DNA from: Actinomycetota bacterium
GTDB taxonomy: Bacteria; Actinomycetota; Actinomycetes; Nanopelagicales; Nanopelagicaceae
Assembly (NCBI GenBank): GCA_041163285.1
Contig: JBEARJ010000003.1
Span: 1-54,553, forward strand
DNA: 54,553 nucleotides
Direction of reading: 5' to 3'
The notes beneath the pieces are model-generated. The model was not told the origin of the DNA. It was given only the letters and a program-made list of their open reading frames with translations, and ran no database searches. Numbering within the stretch: position 1 is the stretch's first letter; each line of letters begins with the position of its first letter. This document shows positions 1 through 8,525 of this stretch, piece after piece. The translations under genes and the position numbers were made by a program.

Positions 1-8
1 CGCTTCAA

Positions 9-1328
9 TTAGGCATTTACGAGGAAATGAAATAAAGATCGAGCCCCGAATCTCAGTGATTCGACTGGAACTCTCTCGTCGACCCCATGAAAGAGAGCCG
101 TAAAATCAAGATCGGTTGGAAGTTGTAGTGGACTAAATCCATAACCAGCGATTCCCAACTTAGCCAACGCTTTATTGTCAGTACCACCAAACATTAGGAA
201 TGGGACTGGGATTCCTTCAGGATCCTCGTTCTTTATGGCAGCAATCATCTTTTCAACTAGAGGTCCTGAGAAATCTACCTCTAGGGGTATATCTGAAACT
301 AAACTTTCAACCTGTACATGTTCTCCGGCCAACTCCTTAACGGTGGCAATCAACTCCGATTCATATCCCGGAATAGTTCGTCCATCTACAACCGCACTCG
401 CAGTCTGTGGGATTACGTTGGCCTTATAGCCAGCTTCTAACATTGAAGGATTTGCAGTGTTATTAAGAGTTGCTCCGATCATTCGAGACATTGAGCCGAG
501 CTCACTTATAACCGGTGCCAAATCATTCTTATCAAACTTCTTTCCAGTCAATTCGGCCACTTTTGACAAGAAGAGTTCGTTGGTTCTTGTGAGGCGCAGC
601 GGCCATTTGTAGTTACCGATCCGAGATATCGCCTCTGCGAGCCTGGTAACAGCATTCTCGCGATTGACCATTGACCCATGACCAGCAAGCCCGGAGGCCG
701 TCAATTTCATCCATTCGATTCCCTTTTCGGAGGTTTCAATCAAATAGATTCTTTTTCCAGAAGAGAGAGTAAATGAGAATCCACCTACCTCGGAGACAGC
801 CTCGCTACATCCTTCAAATATCTCTGGATGCTTTTCTGCCATCCATCTCGACCCGTAGATTCCACCAGCCTCTTCATCTGCAAAAAATACGATTACCATT
901 CTTCGCTTAGGTTTGAATCCGTGTCTGGCCCAGAGTCTGAATACAGCAAGCATCATTGCATCCATATTTTTCATATCAACGGCGCCTCTACCCCAAATGC
1001 ACCCGTCCTTAATCAACCCGGAAAATGGATCCACGCTCCAATCCGCCGCATTTGCCGGCACAACATCAAGATGTCCGTGTACCACCAAACCAGGCAATGA
1101 CGCATCGGTACCTTCAAGACTTGCAACCACCGAAGCGCGATTCGTTGCGCTCTCTAGAATTCGCGCCGGTATTCCAACTTCTTCCAGTTTTGTTACAACA
1201 TATTGAGCTACTGCGGCTTCATCACCCTTACCGTCTCCGTAATTTACGCTCGGTATTCGAATGAGTTCCTGACAAAGAGTTACTACATCAGCCTCTAACT
1301 CTGCGCGGAGCGCGGGGGTAAGTTCCAT
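9..1328 (-). CDS. M20/M25/M40 family metallopeptidase (dipeptidase / ArgE-DapE-like)
   Basis: 439-aa ORF with M20 metal-binding motifs HGHLDVVP, WGRGAVDMK and FFADEEAGG. Confidence 0.8.
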   Translation of the reverse strand: MELTPALRAELEADVVTLCQELIRIPSVNYGDGKGDEAAVAQYVVTKLEEVGIPARILESATNRASVVASLEGTDASLPGLVVHGHLDVVPANAADWSVDPFSGLIKDGCIWGRGAVDMKNMDAMMLAVFRLWARHGFKPKRRMVIVFFADEEAGGIYGSRWMAEKHPEIFEGCSEAVSEVGGFSFTLSSGKRIYLIETSEKGIEWMKLTASGLAGHGSMVNRENAVTRLAEAISRIGNYKWPLRLTRTNELFLSKVAELTGKKFDKNDLAPVISELGSMSRMIGATLNNTANPSMLEAGYKANVIPQTASAVVDGRTIPGYESELIATVKELAGEHVQVESLVSDIPLEVDFSGPLVEKMIAAIKNEDPEGIPVPFLMFGGTDNKALAKLGIAGYGFSPLQLPTDLDFTALFHGVDERVPVESLRFGARSLFHFLVNA

Positions 1329-1350
1329 GGGCTAAAGTATGCCGTCTCTT

Positions 1351-1414
1351 GTCCGGGTGGCGGAATTGGCAGACGCGCTAGCTTGAGGTGCTAGTTCTCG
1401 AAAGAGATTAGGGG
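1351..1414 (+). pseudogene. 5' fragment of tRNA-Leu(GAG): acceptor 5' strand, D-arm, anticodon arm, long variable arm and 5' strand of T-stem. T-loop, 3' T-stem and 3' acceptor strand are absent
   Basis: GTCCGGGTGGCGGAATTGGCAGACGCGCTAGCTTGAGGTGCTAGTTCTCGAAAGAGATTAGGGG parallels bacterial tRNA-Leu. The anticodon loop TTGAGGT gives anticodon GAG. Neither GTTCAAGTCC-type sequence nor the complement of GTCCGGG follows. Confidence 0.55.
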
Positions 1415-1434
1415 CACTCTCACTTATTGCGGAT

Positions 1435-1938
1435 GTGCCGGATTATCCAAAACCAGGAATTCTCTTCAAGGACATAACTCCCCTTCTCGCTGACGGAGCC
1501 GGTTTTTCGGTAGTAATAGATGAGCTGTCTGCTCGGATTTCTAAACTGGGCTCAAAGATTGACGCGATAGTTGGCATCGAAAGTCGTGGTTTTATTTTGG
1601 GAGGCGCGCTCGCTAAAGCTTTGGAGATTGGATTTGTCACCGTAAGAAAGCCAGGCAAGCTGCCCCGGGATGTTCATCGCAAGGATTATCAGCTCGAGTA
1701 TGGTTTTGATGCCCTAGAGATGCATAAAGATCTCATTGATCCAACAAGTACCGTAGTAATAGTCGACGACGTTTTAGCTACCGGGGGCACCGCCCTAGCT
1801 TGTCATGAACTCGTAAGTTTCACCGGCGCTAGAACTCTTGCTCACATTTTTCTCCTTGAAATTACATTCTTACAAGGACGAGAGTTAATAAACAAAACGC
1901 ATCCCGAAGTAGAAGTCGTTTCGCTATTGAGAACCTGA
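1435..1938 (+). CDS. apt: adenine phosphoribosyltransferase. Only a GTG at the PDYPKPG motif is available as a start, so the N-terminal helix appears clipped
   Basis: PDYPKPGILFKDITPLL and the PRPP loop [13 protein letters not shown]. In-frame upstream codons (ALSLIADV) still resemble Apt but run into the tRNA remnant and a TGA at 1384. Confidence 0.85.
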   Translation: MPDYPKPGILFKDITPLLADGAGFSVVIDELSARISKLGSKIDAIVGIESRGFILGGALAKALEIGFVTVRKPGKLPRDVHRKDYQLEYGFDALEMHKDLIDPTSTVVIVDDVLATGGTALACHELVSFTGARTLAHIFLLEITFLQGRELINKTHPEVEVVSLLRT

Positions 1939-1947
1939 TGATAAATC

Positions 1948-2589
1948 ATGGCTGAATTGATCTACTACTGCGGAACAATGGATAGTGGCAAGTCAACGCT
2001 TGCGCTACAAACTGCCCATAACCATCAGAGTCGAGGTCGTTCGGGAATACTTTTCACGAATAGAGATCGTGCCGGAAGTGGAAAGATTTCGTCGAGATTG
2101 GGATTGACCTCCGAAGCCCTTGAAGTGACCGAGGAATTTGATATCCATAGATTTATTGTCGAGCAGCTCTCCCGTGGGGCGAGAATCGACTATGTAATCT
2201 GTGATGAAGCTCAGTTCTATGCGCCCGAACAGATCGAGCAACTGGCTCGAATTACCGATGGACTAGGAATAGATGTATTTGCTTTTGGGATACTCACCGA
2301 TTTCCGGACCAAACTATTTCCAGGTTCTGCTCGCTTAGTTGAGTTGGCCGATCGAGTTCAAACGCTACAGGTGGAAGCGCTCTGTTGGTGTGGTGAGCGC
2401 GCCACACACAATGCCCGAACTATTGATGGATCGATGGTGACCGAGGGCGAACAAGTAGTCGTCGGTGACACCGGAGGACGAGATGTCGTTGCCTATGAAG
2501 TTCTATGTAGGCGACACCATATGAGGAAAGTAACTGCCCGCGCTAGTGGGGAAGCTCATCAATCGATTGATCCTCTCCCCTTCTCGTAA
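1948..2589 (+). CDS. tdk: thymidine kinase
   Basis: 213 aa. P-loop GTMDSGKST, DEAQF and a C-terminal Cys-containing zinc region (CWCG...CRRHH). Confidence 0.9.
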   Translation: MAELIYYCGTMDSGKSTLALQTAHNHQSRGRSGILFTNRDRAGSGKISSRLGLTSEALEVTEEFDIHRFIVEQLSRGARIDYVICDEAQFYAPEQIEQLARITDGLGIDVFAFGILTDFRTKLFPGSARLVELADRVQTLQVEALCWCGERATHNARTIDGSMVTEGEQVVVGDTGGRDVVAYEVLCRRHHMRKVTARASGEAHQSIDPLPFS

Positions 2590-2624
2590 CGTGAGTTCTC
2601 TTACGGGATTGTAAGGTTATCTTC

Positions 2625-3698
2625 ATGACTGATTCGGCTGTAAGTGATACAACTTCGAAAAAAGTTCGCGGCTATGCGGCGCTAGATCCAAATTCTGGGT
2701 TAGCCCCTTATGAGTTCTCGCGTCGTGGATTAAGAGATGATGACATTGGTTTTGAGATTCTCTTCGCCGGAATCTGCCACTCTGATATTCACCAAGTTAG
2801 GCAAGAGTGGGGTCCGGCTCTCTATCCGATGGTGCCTGGCCATGAGATTGTGGGCGTGGTGACAGAGATCGGTTCGACGGTTCAGAAATTCAAAATAGGT
2901 GACCGAATTGGCGTTGGAGTCTTCATTGATTCCTGTCGCAAATGCCGGAACTGCAAGGCCGGCATGGAACAGTATTGCGCTGAGGGTATGACTGGTACTT
3001 ACAATGGTTATGAAAAAGATGGAAGAACTATTGCCTTTGGTGGTTACTCAAACTATTTCGTAGTTAATGAACGCTACGCCGTCACGGTTCCTGACAACTT
3101 AGATGCTGCCGGTGTCGCGCCCCTACTATGCGCCGGAATCACACTTTATTCTCCAATTCGACACTGGAAGGTACAACAAGGAAGCCGAGTAGCTGTAATG
3201 GGTCTTGGCGGTTTGGGCCATATGGGAGTCAAGTTCGCGGCCGCCCTCGGCGCCGAAGTAACGGTATTGAGTCACTCTCCCTCTAAAGAGAGAGATGCTT
3301 TGGAGATGGGCGCTACCAGATTCATTCATACAAAAGGCGATGACTGGAACAAGGGTCTGAAGAAGAGTTTCGATCTGGTGTTAAATACCGTCTCTGCCGA
3401 GATTGACCTTGAACCCTATTTGCAACTTCTGGACACTAATGGAACGCTCGTGGTGATTGGCCTGCCCGGAAAACCATATTCAATAAGCGCCGGGACTCTC
3501 CTAGATGGTCGTCGGTCAGTTTCCGGCTCAATGATTGGCGGCATGCCCGAGTTGCAGGAAATGCTCAACTTCTGTGGTGAAAAAGAGATAGTAAGCGATG
3601 TTGAAGTTATCAAAGCGGATTACATCAATGAAGCCTACCGACGAACGGTTGCAAGCGATGTCAAGTATCGGTTCGTAATCGATGGAAAGACTTTCTAA
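2625..3698 (+). CDS. zinc-dependent NAD(P) alcohol dehydrogenase (cinnamyl-alcohol/YahK-like MDR family)
   Basis: GICHSDIH, GHEIVG, structural-zinc CxxCxxC (CRKCRNC) and Rossmann GLGGLGH. Confidence 0.85.
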   Translation: MTDSAVSDTTSKKVRGYAALDPNSGLAPYEFSRRGLRDDDIGFEILFAGICHSDIHQVRQEWGPALYPMVPGHEIVGVVTEIGSTVQKFKIGDRIGVGVFIDSCRKCRNCKAGMEQYCAEGMTGTYNGYEKDGRTIAFGGYSNYFVVNERYAVTVPDNLDAAGVAPLLCAGITLYSPIRHWKVQQGSRVAVMGLGGLGHMGVKFAAALGAEVTVLSHSPSKERDALEMGATRFIHTKGDDWNKGLKKSFDLVLNTVSAEIDLEPYLQLLDTNGTLVVIGLPGKPYSISAGTLLDGRRSVSGSMIGGMPELQEMLNFCGEKEIVSDVEVIKADYINEAYRRTVASDVKYRFVIDGKTF

Positions 3699-4438
3699 AT
3701 ATTTGATGCAAGAAGTGCAAGGAATGGCGCAACGGCTAGGGCGGGAAGTAAATCTCCGATAGCAATTTCTCTTATTCTTAACAATTTAAGTGCAATACCC
3801 AGCAATAGCACTCCCCCAGTAGCGGTCATGGCCTCGACTTGATAATCATCTAGAACGCTTCCCAAAACAAATCCAACAAATGTCCATATCCCCTGGTAGA
3901 TGCCTACTGGAATTGCTGAGAACGCTACGCCCCACCCCAAACTTGCGGCGAACGCAATAGAAGCAAAGAAATCTAAGATGCTTTTAAGCATGAGTTGATC
4001 GATTCCTGTAGACATACCATCACTAATGCTTCCAAGGATCGCAAGCGGGCCGATGACGAAAATCAGTGAAGCAGTTACAAATCCCGTTACAAAGTTCTCG
4101 TTTGAAGCGGTACTTTTTGTCGTCGCGAATCGATCCTTCAGTTTGGTGCCGAGACTATTAAGGCGATCTTCAATTCGCAACCATGAACCAATCAATCCCC
4201 CGAGAATTAGCGCACCAAGTACAATCAAAAGTGGAGATCCGTCTGGGACCGATGATAGAAAATCTTCCTCAAAGAGTGAAGCGAGAGCAGAAGCCGCCCC
4301 AATAAGGGTGACTGCTCCCAGAACATCGGTGAGCAACTCTCTAGTCCGCAACTTAATTCGATTTCCGAAGAATCGCCCAAAGAAAGTTCCAATGAGAATG
4401 GCTAGGACATTGATTAAAGTTCCCACGCCAACAAACAT
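3695..4438 (-). CDS. DUF554 family membrane protein (YdfK/YqgA-like)
   Basis: 247-aa polytopic membrane ORF. The N-terminus GVGTLINVLAILIGTFFG...R is typical of DUF554. Confidence 0.7.
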   Translation of the reverse strand: MFVGVGTLINVLAILIGTFFGRFFGNRIKLRTRELLTDVLGAVTLIGAASALASLFEEDFLSSVPDGSPLLIVLGALILGGLIGSWLRIEDRLNSLGTKLKDRFATTKSTASNENFVTGFVTASLIFVIGPLAILGSISDGMSTGIDQLMLKSILDFFASIAFAASLGWGVAFSAIPVGIYQGIWTFVGFVLGSVLDDYQVEAMTATGGVLLLGIALKLLRIREIAIGDLLPALAVAPFLALLASNI

Positions 4439-4465
4439 GCGACTATCCTAGAGTAGAGTGCGGCA

Positions 4466-5128
4466 GTGACTTATTGGATGAACTTCTTTCGTCCTCATAA
4501 AACGGTTCCAAACACACCTTGGACTGGAATACATTCGTGGGACTTAGCTCCCATTCGAGTTGTCATTCTTTCGCTAGGTCTCTTTATATTCGGATTGGGT
4601 GACTCGCTCGTAATCCAGTCGACGCTCGGCAATGCTCCTTGGTCTGTGCTCGCACAGGGAATTTCGAACCAGCTAGAAATTTCAATTGGTACGGCAACTC
4701 TGCTCGTCAGCGCAATTGTACTCGCAATGTGGATTCCTTTAAGAGAGCGGCCTGGCTTTGGAACGATAATGAATATTTTGATCATTGCCGGAGCAATTGA
4801 TGTCGGCATTTGGATATTTCCGTCACCCCATTCGTTTCCATTTCAAGTTATTTATGTCCTTTTGGGGATAGCAATGGTTGGCGCTGGCTCCGCCTTGTAT
4901 ATAACTTGCGGATTGGGTCCGGGACCGCGCGATGGTTGGATGACCGCGCTACATAAACGCACGGGAGTTCGGGTGGGCCGAGTTCGTCTTGGCATTGAAC
5001 TCTCTGTTCTCTCTTTGGGGTGGTTTCTCGGTGGAACCTTTGGCCTGGGCACTGCGCTTTTTGCCCTTCTAATTGGCCACTCTGTAGCAATTTCGTTTGG
5101 TGTCGTTTCCCGACTTACCGCTCGGTAG
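4466..5128 (+). CDS. YczE/YitT-like integral membrane protein. The start may instead be the ATG at 4478
   Basis: Hydrophobic 220-aa ORF with LGNAPWSVL and GLGPGPRDG motifs, recalled from the YczE family. Confidence 0.55.
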   Translation: MTYWMNFFRPHKTVPNTPWTGIHSWDLAPIRVVILSLGLFIFGLGDSLVIQSTLGNAPWSVLAQGISNQLEISIGTATLLVSAIVLAMWIPLRERPGFGTIMNILIIAGAIDVGIWIFPSPHSFPFQVIYVLLGIAMVGAGSALYITCGLGPGPRDGWMTALHKRTGVRVGRVRLGIELSVLSLGWFLGGTFGLGTALFALLIGHSVAISFGVVSRLTAR

Positions 5129-5243
5129 GAATTAGGTTTAGGCCTTCCCTCAGCTCGTGGACTGCCTCCACGCGGTGTCGCAACCACCACCGTTAAAAAA
5201 TTAGCGATCTCTCAACCATTTGCGTTGAGGTGAAAGGCAGAAG

Positions 5244-6674
5244 ATGCTGGATACCTTCTTTAAAATATCAGAACGCGGATCCTCATTAGGACAGGAAATC
5301 CGTGGCGGCGTAGTTACCTTCTTCACGATGGCGTACATCGTCGCGCTTAACCCTTTAATAATCGGACTCGCACAGGATGCCGATGGAAAATATATAGGCG
5401 GCGGAGATGCACCAAATCTCGCACTCATCGCTGCTGCAACTGCGCTTGTCGCTGGTGTTCTATCGATCCTGATGGGCGTAGTGGCCAATTTCCCATTGGC
5501 GCTCGCAACCGGACTCGGATTGAACACATTCGTAGCAGTAGCTATCGCCTCACAGATGACGTGGAAAGATGCCATGGGACTTGTAGTCCTTGAAGGCATC
5601 ATCATCACCATCTTGGTCTTAACGGGTTTCCGTACCGCTGTATTTCGCGCCGTACCTACCCAATTGAAAATTGCAATCTCTGTAGGTATTGGCCTTTTCA
5701 TCGCTCTGATTGGACTTGTTGATGCCGGCTTCGTCCGTAGAACGGCTGCCGGCCCAGTACCGGTCACCCTCGGAGATGGTGGCGAGCTCGTAGGTTGGCC
5801 GATTGTCGTTTTCTCGTTTGGACTATTTCTAACTATCGGATTGATGGTAAGAAAAGTTAAGGCGGCGCTACTTCTTGGAATAGTGGTATCTACTGCCCTT
5901 GCAGTTGCAATAGAAAATGCTTTCAAAATTGGTCCAAACTTCGACGGTACAAATGTGAATCCAAAAGGTTGGGGATTAAATGTTCCTGCCGTACCTTCGG
6001 ATATCGTGGCTACTCCAGACTTCAGCCTTCTGGGACAGTTCAATCTTTTTGGATCGTTCGAGAGAGTTCCACTAATAACGGCTCTCTTGTTGGTATTCAC
6101 GCTTCTCTTGGCAGATTTCTTTGACACCATGGGAACAATGACTGCAATTGGTCAAGAGGCCGGCCTAAACGATAAGGACGGAACTCCTCCAAACGCCGAG
6201 CGAATTCTTCTTGTTGACTCGCTCGCAGCCGTTGCCGGTGGTGCTTCATCAGTATCGAGCAACACCTCCTATATCGAATCTGCTTCGGGCGTTGGCGAAG
6301 GAGCGCGAACCGGCCTTGCTTCAGTAGTAACCGGAGTTCTCTTCCTTCTTACAACATTTCTATCCCCGCTCGTTGCCGTGATTCCTTATGAAGCCGCGGT
6401 TCCAGCGCTAATCATCGTTGGTTTCTTGATGATGACTCAGATCAAATCTATTGATTGGGAAGATTATGGAATAGCGATTCCAGCATTCCTCACGATCATT
6501 CTCATGCCATTTACCTATAACATCTCCGTTGGTATTGGCGCCGGTTTTGTCTCTTACGTCGTAATCCGCGCAATCCAAGGTCGGACAAAGGATGTTCATC
6601 CTTTGCTTGCCCTTGTCGCCGGACTCTTCATGATCTACTTCCTAAGCGACCCCATCAATACTTGGATCGGCTAG
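5244..6674 (+). CDS. NCS2 family purine permease (adenine/guanine/hypoxanthine, AzgA/PbuG-type)
   Basis: 476 aa. FFTMAYIVALNP, DFFDTMGT and NTSYIESASGV motifs. Confidence 0.85.
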   Translation: MLDTFFKISERGSSLGQEIRGGVVTFFTMAYIVALNPLIIGLAQDADGKYIGGGDAPNLALIAAATALVAGVLSILMGVVANFPLALATGLGLNTFVAVAIASQMTWKDAMGLVVLEGIIITILVLTGFRTAVFRAVPTQLKIAISVGIGLFIALIGLVDAGFVRRTAAGPVPVTLGDGGELVGWPIVVFSFGLFLTIGLMVRKVKAALLLGIVVSTALAVAIENAFKIGPNFDGTNVNPKGWGLNVPAVPSDIVATPDFSLLGQFNLFGSFERVPLITALLLVFTLLLADFFDTMGTMTAIGQEAGLNDKDGTPPNAERILLVDSLAAVAGGASSVSSNTSYIESASGVGEGARTGLASVVTGVLFLLTTFLSPLVAVIPYEAAVPALIIVGFLMMTQIKSIDWEDYGIAIPAFLTIILMPFTYNISVGIGAGFVSYVVIRAIQGRTKDVHPLLALVAGLFMIYFLSDPINTWIG

Positions 6675-6692
6675 CAGTAGCGCGATAAAAAG

Positions 6693-6725
6693 AATTGGGG
6701 CTCCCAAACGGAGCCCCAATTTTCA
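6693..6725. terminator. bidirectional intrinsic terminator between the permease and ung
   Basis: Perfect 12-bp stem AATTGGGGCTCC / GGAGCCCCAATT with loop CAAAC. It is flanked by an A-run upstream and a T-run downstream. Confidence 0.6.
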
Positions 6726-7379
6726 TTACCAATCAATGGGCCTGTGGCCCAGCTCTTGCAATATTTGATTCACTTTTGAAAATGGTTTTGAACCCAGGAA
6801 ACCCCTGTGTGCCGAAAGTGGGCTGGGATGAACTCCTTCGACGAGACGATTAGTCTGAAAAAGATGAGCCAATTCTCGGGCTGAATTTCCCCAAAGAATT
6901 GCGACCGCACCATGATCTGCGCAAACCTCAGCAACGGTTCTCGTTATTGGTTCCCATCCCATTTTCCCGTGAGAACCGCTATTCCCCGCCGACACTGTTA
7001 AAACACGATTCAAAAGCATTACGCCCTGATCTGCCCATCTTGTTAGGTCACCGTCTCCTGTGCTAGTTGAACCTATATCGGTGATGATTTCCTTTTGAAT
7101 ATTCATTAAAGATCCTGGGAGGCCAGAACTTCTTGGCGTAACCGAAAAGGCTAGGCCGCAGGCATCCTGAGCGTTTGGATATGGATCTTGGCCGATAAGA
7201 AGTACTTTTACTTCGCTAGGAGGAACTTCTAGCGCCCGGAAGACTAGCTTTCTGTCAGGAAGTATTCGATTTCCTGAATCCGCCAAGCCACGCAATTGAT
7301 CGCCAATGGAATTGATTGCTTCTCGATGTGAATCTAGATACGGCTGCCAAGCTTCTGGAATGGTTTCAAAAAGCTTCAT
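6726..7379 (-). CDS. ung: uracil-DNA glycosylase, family 1
   Basis: GQDPYP...GLAFSV and HPSPLSAHRGF motifs. Confidence 0.85.
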   Translation of the reverse strand: MKLFETIPEAWQPYLDSHREAINSIGDQLRGLADSGNRILPDRKLVFRALEVPPSEVKVLLIGQDPYPNAQDACGLAFSVTPRSSGLPGSLMNIQKEIITDIGSTSTGDGDLTRWADQGVMLLNRVLTVSAGNSGSHGKMGWEPITRTVAEVCADHGAVAILWGNSARELAHLFQTNRLVEGVHPSPLSAHRGFLGSKPFSKVNQILQELGHRPIDW

Positions 7380-7385
7380 CTTTAA

Positions 7386-8174
7386 CTACGCCTGCTGCGA
7401 GATAACTGAATAGCGATTTCCGTCGAAACGAAGCGCTACATTTACATTGAAAAGCGTATTGAGATTCTCCTCGGTTAGCACATCACTGATTTCTCCCGCG
7501 GCAAAGTCGATTCCCGACTTAAGCAACAAAACGTGAGTAGTGCCTCTCGGAATCTCCTCAATATGATGGGTGACAATCACAGAGGAAGGTGCGCCGGGTT
7601 CATCTAGAAAATTGGAAATTCGATTAAGAATATCCTCTCTACCGCCTAGATCCAGGCCAGCGGCGGGTTCATCTAGAAGCAAAATTTCGGGATTTGCCAT
7701 TAAAGAGCGCGCGATTTGAACTCGCTTTCTTTCACCCTCGCTCAGCGTTCCAAAAGTTCGTTCTGCAAGCTCTCGCACTCCAAACACATCCAGAAGGGCC
7801 TTTGCTCGGGATTCATCCCAGAGATCGTATTCTTCAATCCACCGCCCGGTAATCGCATATGCTGCAGTCAAAACCAAATCAACGACTCTCTCATCTTGGG
7901 GCAGGTACTCTTGCAAAGCCGCCGAAGAGATGCCTATTCGTGGTCGAAGTTCAAAAACATCCACACGACCCATTTCTTCACCAAGTATCTCTACTCTGCC
8001 TCGACTCGGATGAATAAGGGCTGCTATCAATTGAAGGAAGGTCGTTTTACCTGCTCCGTTTGGGCCAATAACTACCCAACGTTCACCCTGATTTAGCGAC
8101 CAGTTGATCGGGCCCAGAATGTTCTGACCGCCGCGAATTACTGAGACATTCTCAAGCTTTAGCAGGCCGCTCAT
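7386..8174 (-). CDS. ABC transporter ATP-binding protein: a single cassette with no adjacent permease (ModF/PhrA-like, COG1119-type by recollection)
   Basis: Walker A GPNGAGKTT, signature LSEGERKRV, Walker B LLLLDEP and H-loop VIVTHH. Confidence 0.8.
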   Translation of the reverse strand: MSGLLKLENVSVIRGGQNILGPINWSLNQGERWVVIGPNGAGKTTFLQLIAALIHPSRGRVEILGEEMGRVDVFELRPRIGISSAALQEYLPQDERVVDLVLTAAYAITGRWIEEYDLWDESRAKALLDVFGVRELAERTFGTLSEGERKRVQIARSLMANPEILLLDEPAAGLDLGGREDILNRISNFLDEPGAPSSVIVTHHIEEIPRGTTHVLLLKSGIDFAAGEISDVLTEENLNTLFNVNVALRFDGNRYSVISQQA

Positions 8175-8195
8175 GAGCGAGAAAGATACCTGCTA

Positions 8196-8210
8196 GCGAT
8201 AAGTTATCGC
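8196..8210. promoter_or_regulatory. candidate operator: a perfect 7-1-7 palindrome in a divergent promoter region
   Basis: GCGATAAgTTATCGC, followed by a further GATAAG copy, lying between the ABC ATPase start and the ACT/serB start. Confidence 0.25.
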
Positions 8211-8252
8211 GGATAAGCGCTTTATTGGGAGCGTCACCCTTATGATGCCGGG

Positions 8253-8525
8253 GTGTCTCAAGCTAGTAAATTGACCATGAATTCATTGATTTTAGCCACT
8301 GGCGTTAGTAATCCGCGTGCTGCCGAAGTTATCGAGGATGCAATCTCAGCTTTCGTACATCAGAAAATTGAGACTCAGCGCATCGATCTTGGTGGACGAA
8401 CCATTGTTGCTACTTTGATTCGTCACGATCCAGCTCACTACGAGGCCATACTCAAGGATTTGCGCACTGCGGGCGACCAAGAAAATCTCGATATTGCAAT
8501 GCTCGAAACCGAGGAAGCATCTTGA
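8253..8525 (+). CDS. ACT-domain protein corresponding to the N-terminal regulatory domain of actinobacterial SerB
   Basis: The 90-aa ORF ends ...NLDIAMLETEEAS, which aligns with the ACT-HAD linker of fused SerB proteins. Its stop overlaps the serB TTG start (TTGA). Confidence 0.5.
   Translation: MSQASKLTMNSLILATGVSNPRAAEVIEDAISAFVHQKIETQRIDLGGRTIVATLIRHDPAHYEAILKDLRTAGDQENLDIAMLETEEAS

Noticed and set aside
1329-1440. An integrated mobile element or genomic island at the tRNA-Leu locus.
   Set aside because: There is no integrase, no direct repeat of a tRNA 3' end anywhere in the window, and the remnant is the 5' part of the tRNA, whereas integrative elements leave 3' fragments. The downstream genes are ordinary metabolic genes.
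5129-5243. A possible purine riboswitch or other leader element upstream of the purine permease (115-nt spacer, hairpin CTCAAC-catttgc-GTTGAG next to the SD).
   Set aside because: I could not find the conserved purine-riboswitch junction sequences (UAUAAU..., GUUUCUACC, CCGUAAA...GACUA). Only a small generic hairpin is present. An Infernal scan would settle it.
5201-6130. A 309-aa ORF antisense to the purine permease. Similar long antisense ORFs occur at 13218-13733 (opposite def), 21636-22289 (opposite carB) and 52342-52896 (opposite pdxT).
   Set aside because: Each lies fully inside a well-supported gene on the other strand. Their Ser/Thr/Pro/Arg-rich, low-complexity composition is typical of shadow frames, and they carry no recognisable motifs.
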